Source: an uncultured Actinomycetota bacterium
GTDB lineage: Bacteria; Actinomycetota; Actinomycetes; Actinomycetales; Microbacteriaceae
Assembly (NCBI GenBank): GCA_963799015.1
Contig: CAWCWD010000062.1
Location: forward strand, 51-64,050
Reading direction: 5' to 3'
Length of the DNA: 64,000 nt
The position numbers and the translations under genes were made by a program. The number at the start of each line of letters is the position of its first letter. Position 1 is the first letter of the stretch. Below the pieces are notes generated by a model. That model ran no database searches and was not told where the DNA came from. It worked only from the letters and a program-made list of their open reading frames with translations. This document shows, piece after piece, positions 17,341-27,389 of the stretch.

Positions 17341-19779
17341 TTATGCGTTCTGCATGGGAGCGGGCGCCGGCGCGGGAAGCACCGCGGGATGCACCTGCAG
17401 CACCCCGTCCTCGAGCAGTTCATCGATGTAGTCGTCGTCGTAGCCGAGCAGCTCGCGCACGATCTCGCGGGTGTGCTCGGCCTGGCGGGGCGCCGGCTCG
17501 AGCCGGGGCTGCGCCACGTGCTCGAATCGCGCCTCGGCCAGGTTCGTCATGAGCGGCGCCGGTCGCAGCGGGTGCACGAGTTCGCCGAAGACGCCGCGCG
17601 CGGCGAAGTGGCCATCAGCGGCGAAGTCGCGCGGGCGCATCATCTGCCCGGCGGGAACGCCCGCGGCCTGCAACTCCTCCGCCGCCACCGGCGCCGGGCG
17701 CCCCGACGTCCACTCGACGACAGAGGCCCGCAGCTCGTCTACGTTCGCGAGTCGGCCCTCGGCCGCGGCGAAGCGCGCGTCGGCGAGCCAGTCGGCGCGG
17801 CCGATCGCGCGGGCGAGCGCGCGGAACTGGTCGTCGCCGACCGGGTCCACGACGACCCACTCGTCGTCGCCGGCGCCCGGGAAGATCCCGCGCGGCGCGT
17901 CCACGCCTCGGATCGACCCCTCGATCGTCACCGAGCCCGGGCGCACCGATTCGAGCGCGAGCCGGTCGGCCATGGCTGAGAAGATCGCGTCGACCTGCGC
18001 GGTCGAGACCCGACCGCCGCGGCCGGTGATCGAGCGGCGCAGCAGCAGCGCGGTGACCGCGATGGCGTTGAGCCGGCCCACGACATGGTCGGGGTAGATC
18101 GTGATCGCGTCGCTGAAGCTGCCGTCGATCTCGGGGTAGCTCCAGAGCAAGCTCATGCCGGCGCTCGCCCGCACGAGCGGGCCGTACCCGAGGCGCGTGC
18201 TCCACGGACCTGTGTTTCCGAATGCGCTCGACTCCGAGAGCACGATGCGGGGGTTGATCTCCTGCAGTGTCTCCCAGTCGAAGCCGAGACCCGCGAGCGT
18301 ACCGGGCTTGAAGTTCGTGAGTACGACGTCGGAGTCGGCCACGAGCTGGCGGAAGATCGCTCTGCCCTCGTCGCTCTTCAGGTTCAGGCCGAGGCTGCGC
18401 TTGTTGCGCTGCCCGGCTGCGAACCCGTCGGCGATCTCCGACCCGTCGAGCGATCCGCGCGCGCCATCGGGGAACTCGCGGCTCTCGACCTTGATGACCT
18501 CCGCGCCGTAATCGCCGAACAGGCGGCCCAGCTCTGCGCCGACGACGATGACGCCGAGGTCGAGCACTCGCAGCCCCGAGAACGGCAGCGGCCCCGACGG
18601 CGACCACGTGGGCCGCGGTCCGTCGAGGGGCGCAGGCAGCGGCGCCGCAGCATCCGCAACTGCACCGATCGGAGCGCGGATGCCGCTGCGCTCGCCGTCG
18701 AGTTCGAAGATGCCGGTCGGCACCGTCGCCGTCACGCCGTCGACCTCGAGCGAGGTGAACGCGCCGGCCTCGATGAACGCCTCGGTGCGGAGCACCTCAT
18801 CGGCGTGGGCGAGACCCGCCGTCGGCACGCCGAACGACTGGCCCTGCTCCGTGGCCTCGTCGCGGCTGAGGTTCGCCAGCATTGCCCCGATCAGCGGGTA
18901 GAGCGTCTTGGCGGCACCGAATCGCACGGGCGTGCTGTTGTACTTCGGGTCGGCGAACTCCCCGGGCTCGCCGAGCCAGTGGAACATGCCCTGCCACTGG
19001 CGGGCGCTCAGCACGCAGATGCGCACCCAGCCGTCGCGCACGGGGAACATCGGGTACAGATGGCGCGAGTCGGGGCGGCCCTGAGGCTGGTCCATGAGCG
19101 ACTCGCCGGCACGGGCGCTGCCGCCGATGCCGAGCGCCGGGTCGAGGATCTGCACGAGCGCGTCGTTGACCGAGAAGTCGATCGACTCGCCGTGGCCCTG
19201 GCCGAGCGCCTGAACGTATCCGAGGATGACCGCCCACGCCGCCTGGGCCGCCGCCGCCTCGTAGGCGAGGAACGACGGCGGCAGCAGCGGCTCGGTCTCC
19301 TCGGGCAGGCCCGAGCGCGAGAGCACCGTGCTGAGCGCGAAGTGCACGTCGGGGGTGCCGAGCCAGTCGGATCGCGGCCCGTGCACGCCGAAGTCGGTCA
19401 GGCTCGCCGCGAGGATCCGCGGGTTGGCGGCCCGCGCGGCAGCCCGGTCGAGGCCGCGCTCGCGCTGGCTCGCCTCGTCGCCGTCGACGAGGAGGATGTC
19501 GGCGGTGACGAGCAGGTCGTGCACGCGCCGTGCTCCCTCGTCGGTCGCGGCATCCGCTGCGACGCTCGTCTTGTTCGCATTGCGGATCGCGAACGTGAGG
19601 CTGGCGTCGCCGTGCAGCGCGCCCTCACCGCGAGCGGTCGAGCCGCCCGACGATTCGAGGCGGAGGACGTCTGCGCCGAGGTCGGCGAGGATTCGGCCGA
19701 CCGACTGCAACGGGCCGTCGACGGCGTCGACGACGCGGACGCCGCGGAGGGGCAGGTCATGGGTTGTGGTGGTGGACAT
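17341..19779 (-). CDS. CaiB/BaiF family III CoA-transferase, tandem-domain form
   Basis: Two repeats: LADLGADVLRLE and FGDYGAEVIKVE...NKRSLGLNLK. Confidence 0.9.
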   Translation of the reverse strand: MSTTTTHDLPLRGVRVVDAVDGPLQSVGRILADLGADVLRLESSGGSTARGEGALHGDASLTFAIRNANKTSVAADAATDEGARRVHDLLVTADILLVDGDEASQRERGLDRAAARAANPRILAASLTDFGVHGPRSDWLGTPDVHFALSTVLSRSGLPEETEPLLPPSFLAYEAAAAQAAWAVILGYVQALGQGHGESIDFSVNDALVQILDPALGIGGSARAGESLMDQPQGRPDSRHLYPMFPVRDGWVRICVLSARQWQGMFHWLGEPGEFADPKYNSTPVRFGAAKTLYPLIGAMLANLSRDEATEQGQSFGVPTAGLAHADEVLRTEAFIEAGAFTSLEVDGVTATVPTGIFELDGERSGIRAPIGAVADAAAPLPAPLDGPRPTWSPSGPLPFSGLRVLDLGVIVVGAELGRLFGDYGAEVIKVESREFPDGARGSLDGSEIADGFAAGQRNKRSLGLNLKSDEGRAIFRQLVADSDVVLTNFKPGTLAGLGFDWETLQEINPRIVLSESSAFGNTGPWSTRLGYGPLVRASAGMSLLWSYPEIDGSFSDAITIYPDHVVGRLNAIAVTALLLRRSITGRGGRVSTAQVDAIFSAMADRLALESVRPGSVTIEGSIRGVDAPRGIFPGAGDDEWVVVDPVGDDQFRALARAIGRADWLADARFAAAEGRLANVDELRASVVEWTSGRPAPVAAEELQAAGVPAGQMMRPRDFAADGHFAARGVFGELVHPLRPAPLMTNLAEARFEHVAQPRLEPAPRQAEHTREIVRELLGYDDDYIDELLEDGVLQVHPAVLPAPAPAPMQNA

Positions 19780-19861
19780 GGCGGGCACTCCTTCGTACCG
19801 GTGGTTCGGTGTGGGTGGGCTTCTGAGAACGCTGATTGCGAGAACTTTGGCCGGCGGCCTG

Positions 19862-21259
19862 CTACTCGGCGATCTCGACAAGCGAGCGGTCCTTGGTGCG
19901 CACGCCCATGCGAATGAGGAGCGCCGCGACGAGCAGGAGGGTGATCATCGCGATGCCGGCCGGGACGGCGCCGGCGCCGAGCAGGATCGGGAGGATCACG
20001 AACGGTGCGACCGCGCCGCCCAGATGCCCGATGCCGTCGCAGATCGCGGCAGCCGTCCCGCGCTGCTTGGTCGGGAAGACTTCCGCCGTGTAGGTGTACG
20101 CCGGGGTTGCCATGAAGGTGATGCCGGCGGTGGCGAAGAGGGCGCCCGCCGTGGCCGCCCACTCGCCCCATCCCGAGATGATCAGGGCAACGCCGAGCGC
20201 GAACGCGACCGTGCCGATGATGATGAGCGTGCGCCGTTCGATCCGCTCGATCACGGCCACGACGACGAAGCCGATGAGCAGCGGGGCGGCGCGGGTGAGC
20301 ACGGTGATGAAGAGCGCGTTCGAGGTTGCGACGCCGACCCCTTCGAGCAGCAGCGGGAGGTAGCTCGCGAACGCGTACATCGCCACATAGAAGATGAACC
20401 AGAAGCCGAGCACGATCAGAAGGCGGCTGCGCAGCGGCGGGCGCAGCAGCGCACGCAGCGGACTCTCGCGATCGGCGGTCTCCTCGGCGGGCGTCTCCTC
20501 GACCTGAAGCAGCGCCTCTTCGTCCACCGGGACGCCCGCGTTGCGTTCCATCTTTCGGACGATCGCCGTCGCCTCGTCGACACGGCCGTTCGCGATGAGC
20601 CAACGAGGCGACTCCATGAGCGCCGTCTTGTTGATGAAGAACAGCATCAGCAGCACGAGCCCGCCGAAGGCGAGCAGTCCGCGCCAGCCGAGCTCGGGCC
20701 ACGCGGCCAGCACGGGCAGCGAGGCGAAGCCGACGATGAGGTTCAGGATGCCGCCGATGACGTAGAGGAACGACAGGTACTTTCCGCGCCGGTTCTTCGG
20801 GGCCATCTCGCCGATGTACGCCGAGCACAGCGCGAGCACCGCTCCCATGCCGCCGCCCGTGAGGAACCGGAAGAACGACAGTGACGCCATGTCCCACGAG
20901 AACGCGGTCAGGAATCCGCCGACGCCGAGCAGCGCGATCGTCAGGAAGAGCCCGACCTGGCGGCCGCGTCGGTCGGAGATGTGCCCGAACACGTACGCGC
21001 CGACGGCGTAGCCGACGAGGTTTGCGGTGACGGGCCAGGCCAGGTCCGTGCCCGCAAGGCCGAGGTCCGCCATCATCGCCGGCAGCGTCACGGCGAAGAC
21101 GCCGATGTCGTAGTTCGCGAAGAAGAAGGCGAGCATGAGGGCGAGCCAGGCCCATCGATTGAGGCCGACCCGCGGCATCCGGTCGATCGTCTGCTCGAGG
21201 GTGAGCCGGGCTGGAGGTACTGCGGCGTGGTGAAGATCCGTCGTTGAAGAAGACATCAT
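19862..21259 (-). CDS. MFS transporter (aromatic acid/carboxylate:H+ symporter-like)
   Basis: GHISDRRGR, ESPRWL, EVFPTKQRG; multiple TM helices. Confidence 0.9.
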   Translation of the reverse strand: MMSSSTTDLHHAAVPPARLTLEQTIDRMPRVGLNRWAWLALMLAFFFANYDIGVFAVTLPAMMADLGLAGTDLAWPVTANLVGYAVGAYVFGHISDRRGRQVGLFLTIALLGVGGFLTAFSWDMASLSFFRFLTGGGMGAVLALCSAYIGEMAPKNRRGKYLSFLYVIGGILNLIVGFASLPVLAAWPELGWRGLLAFGGLVLLMLFFINKTALMESPRWLIANGRVDEATAIVRKMERNAGVPVDEEALLQVEETPAEETADRESPLRALLRPPLRSRLLIVLGFWFIFYVAMYAFASYLPLLLEGVGVATSNALFITVLTRAAPLLIGFVVVAVIERIERRTLIIIGTVAFALGVALIISGWGEWAATAGALFATAGITFMATPAYTYTAEVFPTKQRGTAAAICDGIGHLGGAVAPFVILPILLGAGAVPAGIAMITLLLVAALLIRMGVRTKDRSLVEIAE

Positions 21260-21508
21260 CGTCCTTTGCGTCGAGCTGTCGGCCTCACCTGCGAAGCCGG
21301 TGGCGGGCGTCGGTGCCGCGCCTGAGTGGCCTCAACAGTAAGAACGGAGGTGGGTGCTCTGCGCAGCCGATTCGAGCGGATGCCGCGGGCCTCAGGCGAC
21401 CGTTGCACCGGACCGTACGTGCACGGTGCGGCGTGCAGGTTGCGCCCCGTGCGGGGGCCGCTTCTCGCTCTTGGACCGCGCGGGGGCGCGTCGGATAGGT
21501 TCGTCCTG

Positions 21509-22415
21509 ATGGAACTGTCCCAACTCCGGGCGTTCGTCGCGACGTCGCGCGAACGGAACATCGCGCGCGCCGCCGAGTCGTTGAACCTCACCCCGTCACC
21601 GGTCAGTCGCACCATCAAGGACCTCGAGAGCCAGCTCGGCGGCGACCTCTTCGTTCGCTCGTACCACGACCTGCAGCTGACCGAGCTCGGCGAGCGGATG
21701 CTGCCACCGGCGGTGCGCATCGTGACCCAGGCCGACGCGATGCTGCCGCCACGGCTGGGCCGCGAGAACCGACCCCGAGTCGGGTCGACGCCCTGGGCGC
21801 CCTACGCGCTTCCTCGACGACCTGAACCAGGTGGCCAACGAGGTGTTCGACGGAGCGGTCGACTTCGACTCCGACCTCTCATCAGCGCTGCTGAACTCGC
21901 TGCGGCACGGCGCACTCGACCTCGCGCTCGTGCACCTTCCAGTCGCCTCTCCCGAGATCGCGACGCGAGTGTTGGGTCGATACGACTTCCGGGCGATCGT
22001 CATGGCGAGGGATCCGCTCGCGCAGCAGGAATCGATCGCGCTCGCCGACATCCGCGAGTACTCGGTACTCACGATGCCGCGCATGATGCAGCCGCTGCCC
22101 ATGGCGGCCCTGCACGACCGCCTCTTGCAGAGCGGCGTTCGCGACCAGGTCGAGATCGACCTTCGGGACTTCCTGTCGATCCGCTCCCGGTTGCGTCAGC
22201 CGCGCACCGTCATGCTCGCGACGACGGCGACTGATTCACCGCTCGCTGCAACCGTGTATCCGGGCGAGGTGGCGCTGCTCCCGATCCGCGATCTCGACGT
22301 CGAGTTCCTTCTCGGCGTAGCCTGGCGCGAGCCGAACTTCGCGCACGGCGGTCGCATCGCCGAACTCGTTGAACGGCTGCATCCGCTGCCGGGCGAGCCG
22401 CCCGTCGTGGTCTAG
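21509..22415 (+). CDS. LysR-family regulator (apparent frameshift near 21800)
   Basis: LRAFVA...ARAAESLNLTPSPVSRTIKDLE...LF.R; divergent from the catabolic operon. Confidence 0.88.
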
Positions 22416-22585
22416 CAATCCGCGACCGCCGGCCCTTCCGCCGTTGCGGCTCCAGCCGCTATCGGCCCGGTCAGCCGCCGTGGCATGCGTGCCCGAGACG
22501 CAGATACGCAATGCGGGAAGCAGAGAGCGGTTGCGTATGTCATTCAATCCCGACGAGATGTGTCCAACTGCGCCTCGTTGCGGCG

Positions 22586-22732
22586 TCATCCGGCGTTCCC
22601 ACCGAGCATGTGCAACTCCGTCACCCGCACCTTCGAGCAACGCGCGCACTCAAAGTACGGTTCCGTGTCGGGTTCCCGGCGCACTACCCATTTGTGAATA
22701 CCGAGCCGGCACCGGAGAGGCTTACCTCGCAT
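22586..22732 (-). CDS. Small Cys/His protein (DUF1660-like), 48 aa
   Basis: MRGKPLRCRLGIHKW...YFECARCSK; RBS AAAGGGGG; lower-GC patch. Confidence 0.55.
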   Translation of the reverse strand: MRGKPLRCRLGIHKWVVRREPDTEPYFECARCSKVRVTELHMLGGNAG

Positions 22733-22928
22733 TTCGTATCCCCCTTTGGACACGGCACCAAAGATCTGGTGAGAACTACAGTCCAAGGGTTCCAGTTCAG
22801 GGGCAACCGGATCGGGCCATTTGGCCGGTTCGGACTCCACGGCGAATTCGGCGCTCTGCACTGGAGTCGACCGCGCCCCTCTCCGCGTTTGGTGTGTACA
22901 CGCCTCCAATTGGGCGAGGCGTGTCTGC

Positions 22929-23032
22929 ACCGAGTGGACGATGAAGGTGCCGCTCGTCGCGGAGGCCCAGGTGCGCATGCTCTCCGAGGGCGTGACGGAT
23001 GCCGCGCCGCCCGCGGCATCCGTTCCCGACGA
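22929..23032 (+). repeat. Intergenic remnant of epimerase 3' region (equivalent to 145-248)
   Basis: 104 bp with 4 substitutions; TEWTMKVPLVAEAQVRMLSEGVTDAAPPAASVPD. Confidence 0.92.
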
Positions 23033-23127
23033 GAACTTTTCGCGCGCGGTGTCGGATCGCGGCAACGCCGTTCGTAGCAAGGGTGAGAGGTCGCCCGCGA
23101 GGGGCGCACCCAGAAGGGACCACGATC

Positions 23128-23727
23128 ATGAAGCTGATCACCAACACCCAGGTCTCCGTCGACGGCGTGATGCAGGCCAACGGCGGGAACAACCCGGTGC
23201 TCGACCCCGGATTCGACCGAGGCGGGTGGGCGCTGCCGCTGGGCGATGACGAGTCGACCGCCTACATCGCCGAGTTCTACCAGCGCGCCGACGCGTTCCT
23301 GTTCGGCCGGCGGACTTACGAACTCTTCGCCGGGTACTGGGGGGTCAAAGACGCCCTCGACAACCCGTTCTCCGGCGCCATGAACACGCGCCCGAAGTTC
23401 GTCGCATCGAACACGATCACCGACCCGGCATGGGCGGACACGACCGTGCTCTCCGGAAATCTCGAGGCGGCCATCCGCGAGCTGAAGGCCAAGCCAGGCG
23501 GCGAGCTGCAGGTGCACGGAAGCGGCCAGCTGATCCGCTGGCTGCTCGAACACGAACTCGTCGACGAGATGACGCTGATCGTCTGCCCCGTGATCGTCGG
23601 CGCGGGCACGCGGCTGTTCCCCGAGACGGGCACGGACTTCGCCCTCGACCTCGTGGATTCACGCACCTTCCCGACGGGCATCACGGTTCAGACCTACCGG
23701 CCCGCCGGGCGCCCGCAGTATGCGTAG
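23128..23727 (+). CDS. Dihydrofolate reductase-like (RibD C-terminal) protein
   Basis: VSVDGVMQ, LFGRRTY, VHGSGQL, PVIVGAGTRLF. Confidence 0.9.
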   Translation: MKLITNTQVSVDGVMQANGGNNPVLDPGFDRGGWALPLGDDESTAYIAEFYQRADAFLFGRRTYELFAGYWGVKDALDNPFSGAMNTRPKFVASNTITDPAWADTTVLSGNLEAAIRELKAKPGGELQVHGSGQLIRWLLEHELVDEMTLIVCPVIVGAGTRLFPETGTDFALDLVDSRTFPTGITVQTYRPAGRPQYA

Positions 23728-23778
23728 CAGGCAGCACACAGAGCACAATGGCCCTGAACCACATCCGGGAGGTGTGAG

Positions 23779-24115
23779 ATGCAGTACCTGGTTTCCGTGA
23801 TCGACGACCGGACCAACTCCGGCACGCCCGGAGGAAATGGTGGCGATCGACGAGTTCAACGACCGCCTCCGGGCGGGCGGTCACTGGGTATTCGCGGCCG
23901 GCCTCGCCGCACCCAGCACGGCGACGGTCATCGACGGCCGAGGCGAGGAGCCGGTGTTCACCGACGGGCCCTTCATCGAGTCGAAGGAGCACACCGCCGG
24001 CTTCTGGATCATCGACGCTCCCGACCTCGACGTCGCGCTCGCGCTCATGGCCGAGGGGTCGAAGGCCTGCAACCGGCGCGTCGAGGTGCGACCATTCCTG
24101 GTCACGGGAGCCTGA
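23779..24115 (+). CDS. YciI-family protein (apparent frameshift near 23830)
   Basis: TDGPFIESKEHTAGFWII...VEVRP. Confidence 0.85.
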
Positions 24116-24250
24116 TGATCATCGAATTCGGCTCGTCGGTTCGACGGAGCATCCCGGGCACCGTGATGCGTTGATCGCTCGACATGTCCGGGCCGATCGC
24201 GTACCGTTCGAGCGATCGAGAGAGAGATCACGGCGGACGAGGGAGTCACG

Positions 24251-24826
24251 ATGGCAGAGGTACTGCTCTTCCACCACGCACTGGGCCCAACCGAGGGCTT
24301 GCATGCCTTCGCGGACGAGCTGCGTCGAGCGGGCCATACCGTGCACACACCTGACCTCTTCGAAGGGCGGACCTTCGACTCGATCGAGGCGGGCGTCGGT
24401 TACGCCAACGAAGTCGGCTGGGGCGAGATCATGGCGCGCGGCGAGCGCGCGGCGGAGTCGCTGACGAACGAGCTCGTCTACGGAGGCTTCTCGCTCGGAG
24501 TCGTGCCCGCGCAGAAGCTCGCCCAGACCCGCCCTGGCGCGAAGGGCGCGCTGTTCTTCTACTCGTGCCTTCTGCCCTCGGAGTTCGGCGCGTGGCCGGC
24601 CGGCCTCCCTGCGCAGATCCACGGGGCGGACGCCGATCCCATCTTCATGGAGGAAGGCGATGTCGATGCCGCCCGCGAGCTCGTCGAGGCGGCCGACGAG
24701 GCAGAGCTGTTCCTCTACCCCGGCGACCAGCACTACTTCGCGGACTCCAGCCTGCCGAGCTACGACGCGGACGCGACGAAGCTCCTCACGCAGCGCGTGC
24801 TCGAGTTCCTCGCGCGAATCGGCTGA
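24251..24826 (+). CDS. Dienelactone hydrolase-family protein
   Basis: GFSLG nucleophile elbow; YPGDQHYF. Confidence 0.9.
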   Translation: MAEVLLFHHALGPTEGLHAFADELRRAGHTVHTPDLFEGRTFDSIEAGVGYANEVGWGEIMARGERAAESLTNELVYGGFSLGVVPAQKLAQTRPGAKGALFFYSCLLPSEFGAWPAGLPAQIHGADADPIFMEEGDVDAARELVEAADEAELFLYPGDQHYFADSSLPSYDADATKLLTQRVLEFLARIG

Positions 24827-24860
24827 AGCCTGGCCCGACGAACATAACGCCGTGAACGCG

Positions 24861-26345
24861 TCATCCCCGACGCTCGGGGTTCACGCGAGCGATCACCTCG
24901 ATCGCGCGCTGCACCCGCGCCGGATGGTTGCCGGCGTAGCTGATGACGAGCCCGGGGCGACCGACACCGGCGAAGGCCCGGCTGAGGGGTTGCACGAGCA
25001 CGCCCTCGGCTCGCGCATCGGCCGCGATCCGCTCGTCATCGACGCCGTCGGCGAGTTCGATCACGAGGTGGAGTCCCGCCGCGATGCCGACCACGGAGCA
25101 TCCGGGCAGGTGTTCTCGGAGTGCGACGAGCGCCGCATCGCGCCGTGCCCGGTGGCGCGCGCGCATGCTGCGCAGGTGGCGTTCAAGCACGCCGGTGCGC
25201 AGCAGGTGCGCGAGCGCCAACTGCGGCAACGCCGGAGAGCCGAGGTCGATGGCCCAGCGGAGTTCGACGAGGCGAGCGTGCAGCCGCTCGGGCGCGACGA
25301 GCCAGCCGAGCCGCAACGCGGGGGCGAGCGTTTTCGACAGGCTGGCCGTGTAGGCGACCGCATCCGGGGCGAGGGGTTGCACCGCCCGCACCGGTCGGCG
25401 GTCGTACCGGTACTCGGCGTCGTAGTCGTCCTCGATGACCAGGTTCTCGCCGCCACGCGCCCAGGCGACGAGCTCCCTGCGACGCTCCGGCGAGAGCACG
25501 ACTCCGGTCGGGTACTGGTGAGCGGGCGTCACCAGCACTGCACGGGCACCTGAAGCCGAGAGCGTCCGAACCTCGATGCCGTCGCGATCGACGCCCACCG
25601 GCCTGACCTCGCCCAGCCAGTGGCGCAGGATGCGTCGACTGCCCTCCGCGCACGGGTCCTCCACCGCGACCGGGACGCACCGGTCATCGCGCAGGAGCTG
25701 TGCGACGAGGCTCAGCGCACCGGTGACCCCGCCGGTCACGATGATGCGATCGGGCTGCGCGACCACCCCGCGCGACCGTGCGAGCCATCCGCTCAGTTCA
25801 TGCCGGAGCTCGACCGTGCCCTCGGGCGGAGCATAACCGAGCTGGCGGGCCGTCGCCGTCGCGAGCACCTCGCGCTCTGCGCGCAGCCAGGCACTGCGAG
25901 GGAACGCCGCGAGATCGGGCAGGCCCGTGGCCACGTCGATGACGTCGGCGTGCGGCAGGGAGCTCGGCACGGCGTCGTGCCTCGCGCCCGGCACCTCCAC
26001 CCACGCGTCCGATCGGCCCGCGGGCGCCCCGGTGGGCGTCGCCGCCGGCGCTGCCGCCGACCGTCCCGCCGCGCGAGCAGACGACAGCCCCGCCGCCACG
26101 ACCGTCGTGCCCGCTCCCGCGCTGCCCGCGATGAGGCCTTCCTCCGTGAGGCGCCGGTAGGCCTCGGCGACCGTGCCACGCGAGAACCCCAGGTCCTCGG
26201 CCAGGACCCGGGTCGCTGGCAGCCGTGAGCCGATGCCGAGCGCGCCGTCGAGGATGGCGGTGCGGAGCCGGAGCGTGAGCCACTCGGTGCGCGCACCGCG
26301 CCCGACCGGCTCGGGATCGAGTTGGAGGAAGTCGGACCCGCGCAT
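24861..26345 (-). CDS. MocR/GabR-type GntR regulator with PLP-dependent aminotransferase domain
   Basis: LPATRVLAEDLGFSRGTV; IEDDYDAEY; SLSKTLAPALRLGW. Confidence 0.93.
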   Translation of the reverse strand: MRGSDFLQLDPEPVGRGARTEWLTLRLRTAILDGALGIGSRLPATRVLAEDLGFSRGTVAEAYRRLTEEGLIAGSAGAGTTVVAAGLSSARAAGRSAAAPAATPTGAPAGRSDAWVEVPGARHDAVPSSLPHADVIDVATGLPDLAAFPRSAWLRAEREVLATATARQLGYAPPEGTVELRHELSGWLARSRGVVAQPDRIIVTGGVTGALSLVAQLLRDDRCVPVAVEDPCAEGSRRILRHWLGEVRPVGVDRDGIEVRTLSASGARAVLVTPAHQYPTGVVLSPERRRELVAWARGGENLVIEDDYDAEYRYDRRPVRAVQPLAPDAVAYTASLSKTLAPALRLGWLVAPERLHARLVELRWAIDLGSPALPQLALAHLLRTGVLERHLRSMRARHRARRDAALVALREHLPGCSVVGIAAGLHLVIELADGVDDERIAADARAEGVLVQPLSRAFAGVGRPGLVISYAGNHPARVQRAIEVIARVNPERRG

Positions 26346-26390
26346 TGGACCAATCTAGCGTGACCCATTTGGACCTTCCGCGAGGACCAA
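26345..26390. promoter_or_regulatory. Putative MocR-type sites (repeated TTGGACC/GGACCAA)
   Basis: ATTGGACCAAT palindrome plus two more GGACC copies in the divergent intergenic region. Confidence 0.5.
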
Positions 26391-26402
26391 CCGGCGCAGA
26401 CG

Positions 26403-27389
26403 ATGGACGACATGACCCCAGATGCCGCCGACGCGTTGACGCTCGTCCGAACGACGTCGACCGATCGGCGGTTCTGGTGGAGCGCGTGGCCGGGCTTCGC
26501 CGGCATGGCGTTGCTGGGCAGCAGCGTCGCGGTGATCTCCGCGACCCGCCACCTGCCCGTCCTCGGCGTGCAGTCCGCCCGCTACGCCGTCGCCGCGGGG
26601 ACGCTCGTGCTCCTCGCCCGCCTGCTCCGCGTGCGGCTCGTCCGACCCCGGCGCGGCGATCTCGGCTGGGTGATCGGTGGCGCCGCGACGGGGCTGGTGG
26701 GGTTCAACCTCGCGACGATCGTCGGCGCGCGCCACGCCGAGCCGGGACTGCTCGGTGCGGCCGTCTCATGCATCCCGATCGTGCTGGCGACCGCGGGCGC
26801 GCTCGCGCAGTGGCGGCGGCCGGCACCCTCGGTCGTCGCCGGCGCGGCGATCGTCGGTGCGGGAGCCATCGCCGTCACCGGATGGGGGCGCGGCGATGCG
26901 ATCGGCATCGCGATGGCCGTCAGCCTCATCGCCTGCGAGGCCGCGTTCACGCTCATGGGTTCGAGGAGCCTCCCCCGGATGGGCGCCTGGAGCTACTCCA
27001 TCTGGACGTCGGCGGTCGCCGCCGTGGTCTTCGCGGTGCTCTCCGCCGTCGTCGAGCGCCCAGATCCAGCCTCGTTCGCGACGCCGGACGCCTTGGCCGC
27101 GATCGCCTACCTGGGTTCGATCGCGACAGCGCTGGCGTTCGTCTTCTGGTTCACGGGCGTCGAGCGCCTCGGCCCGAGCCGGGTGGGGCTCTGCGCCGGC
27201 ATCGCCGCACCTTCGGCCGCCCTCATCGGCGGGCTCGTCGGTGGGCCGCTCCCCTCTCTCGGCGCCTGGCTCGGGATGACGGTGATCGCGGCCGGCCTCG
27301 TCGTCGGGTTCCGACCGTCCGCTGACGGGCGCTCGCCTGTGCGCGGCACCGGCAAATGGGGATGGAGCCAGGGATGGAGCCGAGGATGA
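26403..27389 (+). CDS. EamA/DMT-family transporter
   Basis: About 10 hydrophobic segments; 'AYLGSIATALAF'. Confidence 0.88.
   Translation: MDDMTPDAADALTLVRTTSTDRRFWWSAWPGFAGMALLGSSVAVISATRHLPVLGVQSARYAVAAGTLVLLARLLRVRLVRPRRGDLGWVIGGAATGLVGFNLATIVGARHAEPGLLGAAVSCIPIVLATAGALAQWRRPAPSVVAGAAIVGAGAIAVTGWGRGDAIGIAMAVSLIACEAAFTLMGSRSLPRMGAWSYSIWTSAVAAVVFAVLSAVVERPDPASFATPDALAAIAYLGSIATALAFVFWFTGVERLGPSRVGLCAGIAAPSAALIGGLVGGPLPSLGAWLGMTVIAAGLVVGFRPSADGRSPVRGTGKWGWSQGWSRG

Noticed and set aside
211-23023. CRISPR or integron attC interpretation of the repeated hairpins
   Set aside because: Spacing is kilobases and irregular, the repeats are coding-gene fragments, and no cas or intI gene is present.
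27359-27389. 12-bp tandem GGGATGGAGCC(A/G) at the EamA-B3/B4 junction
   Set aside because: Short local duplication of an RBS/start-like segment with no evidence of function.
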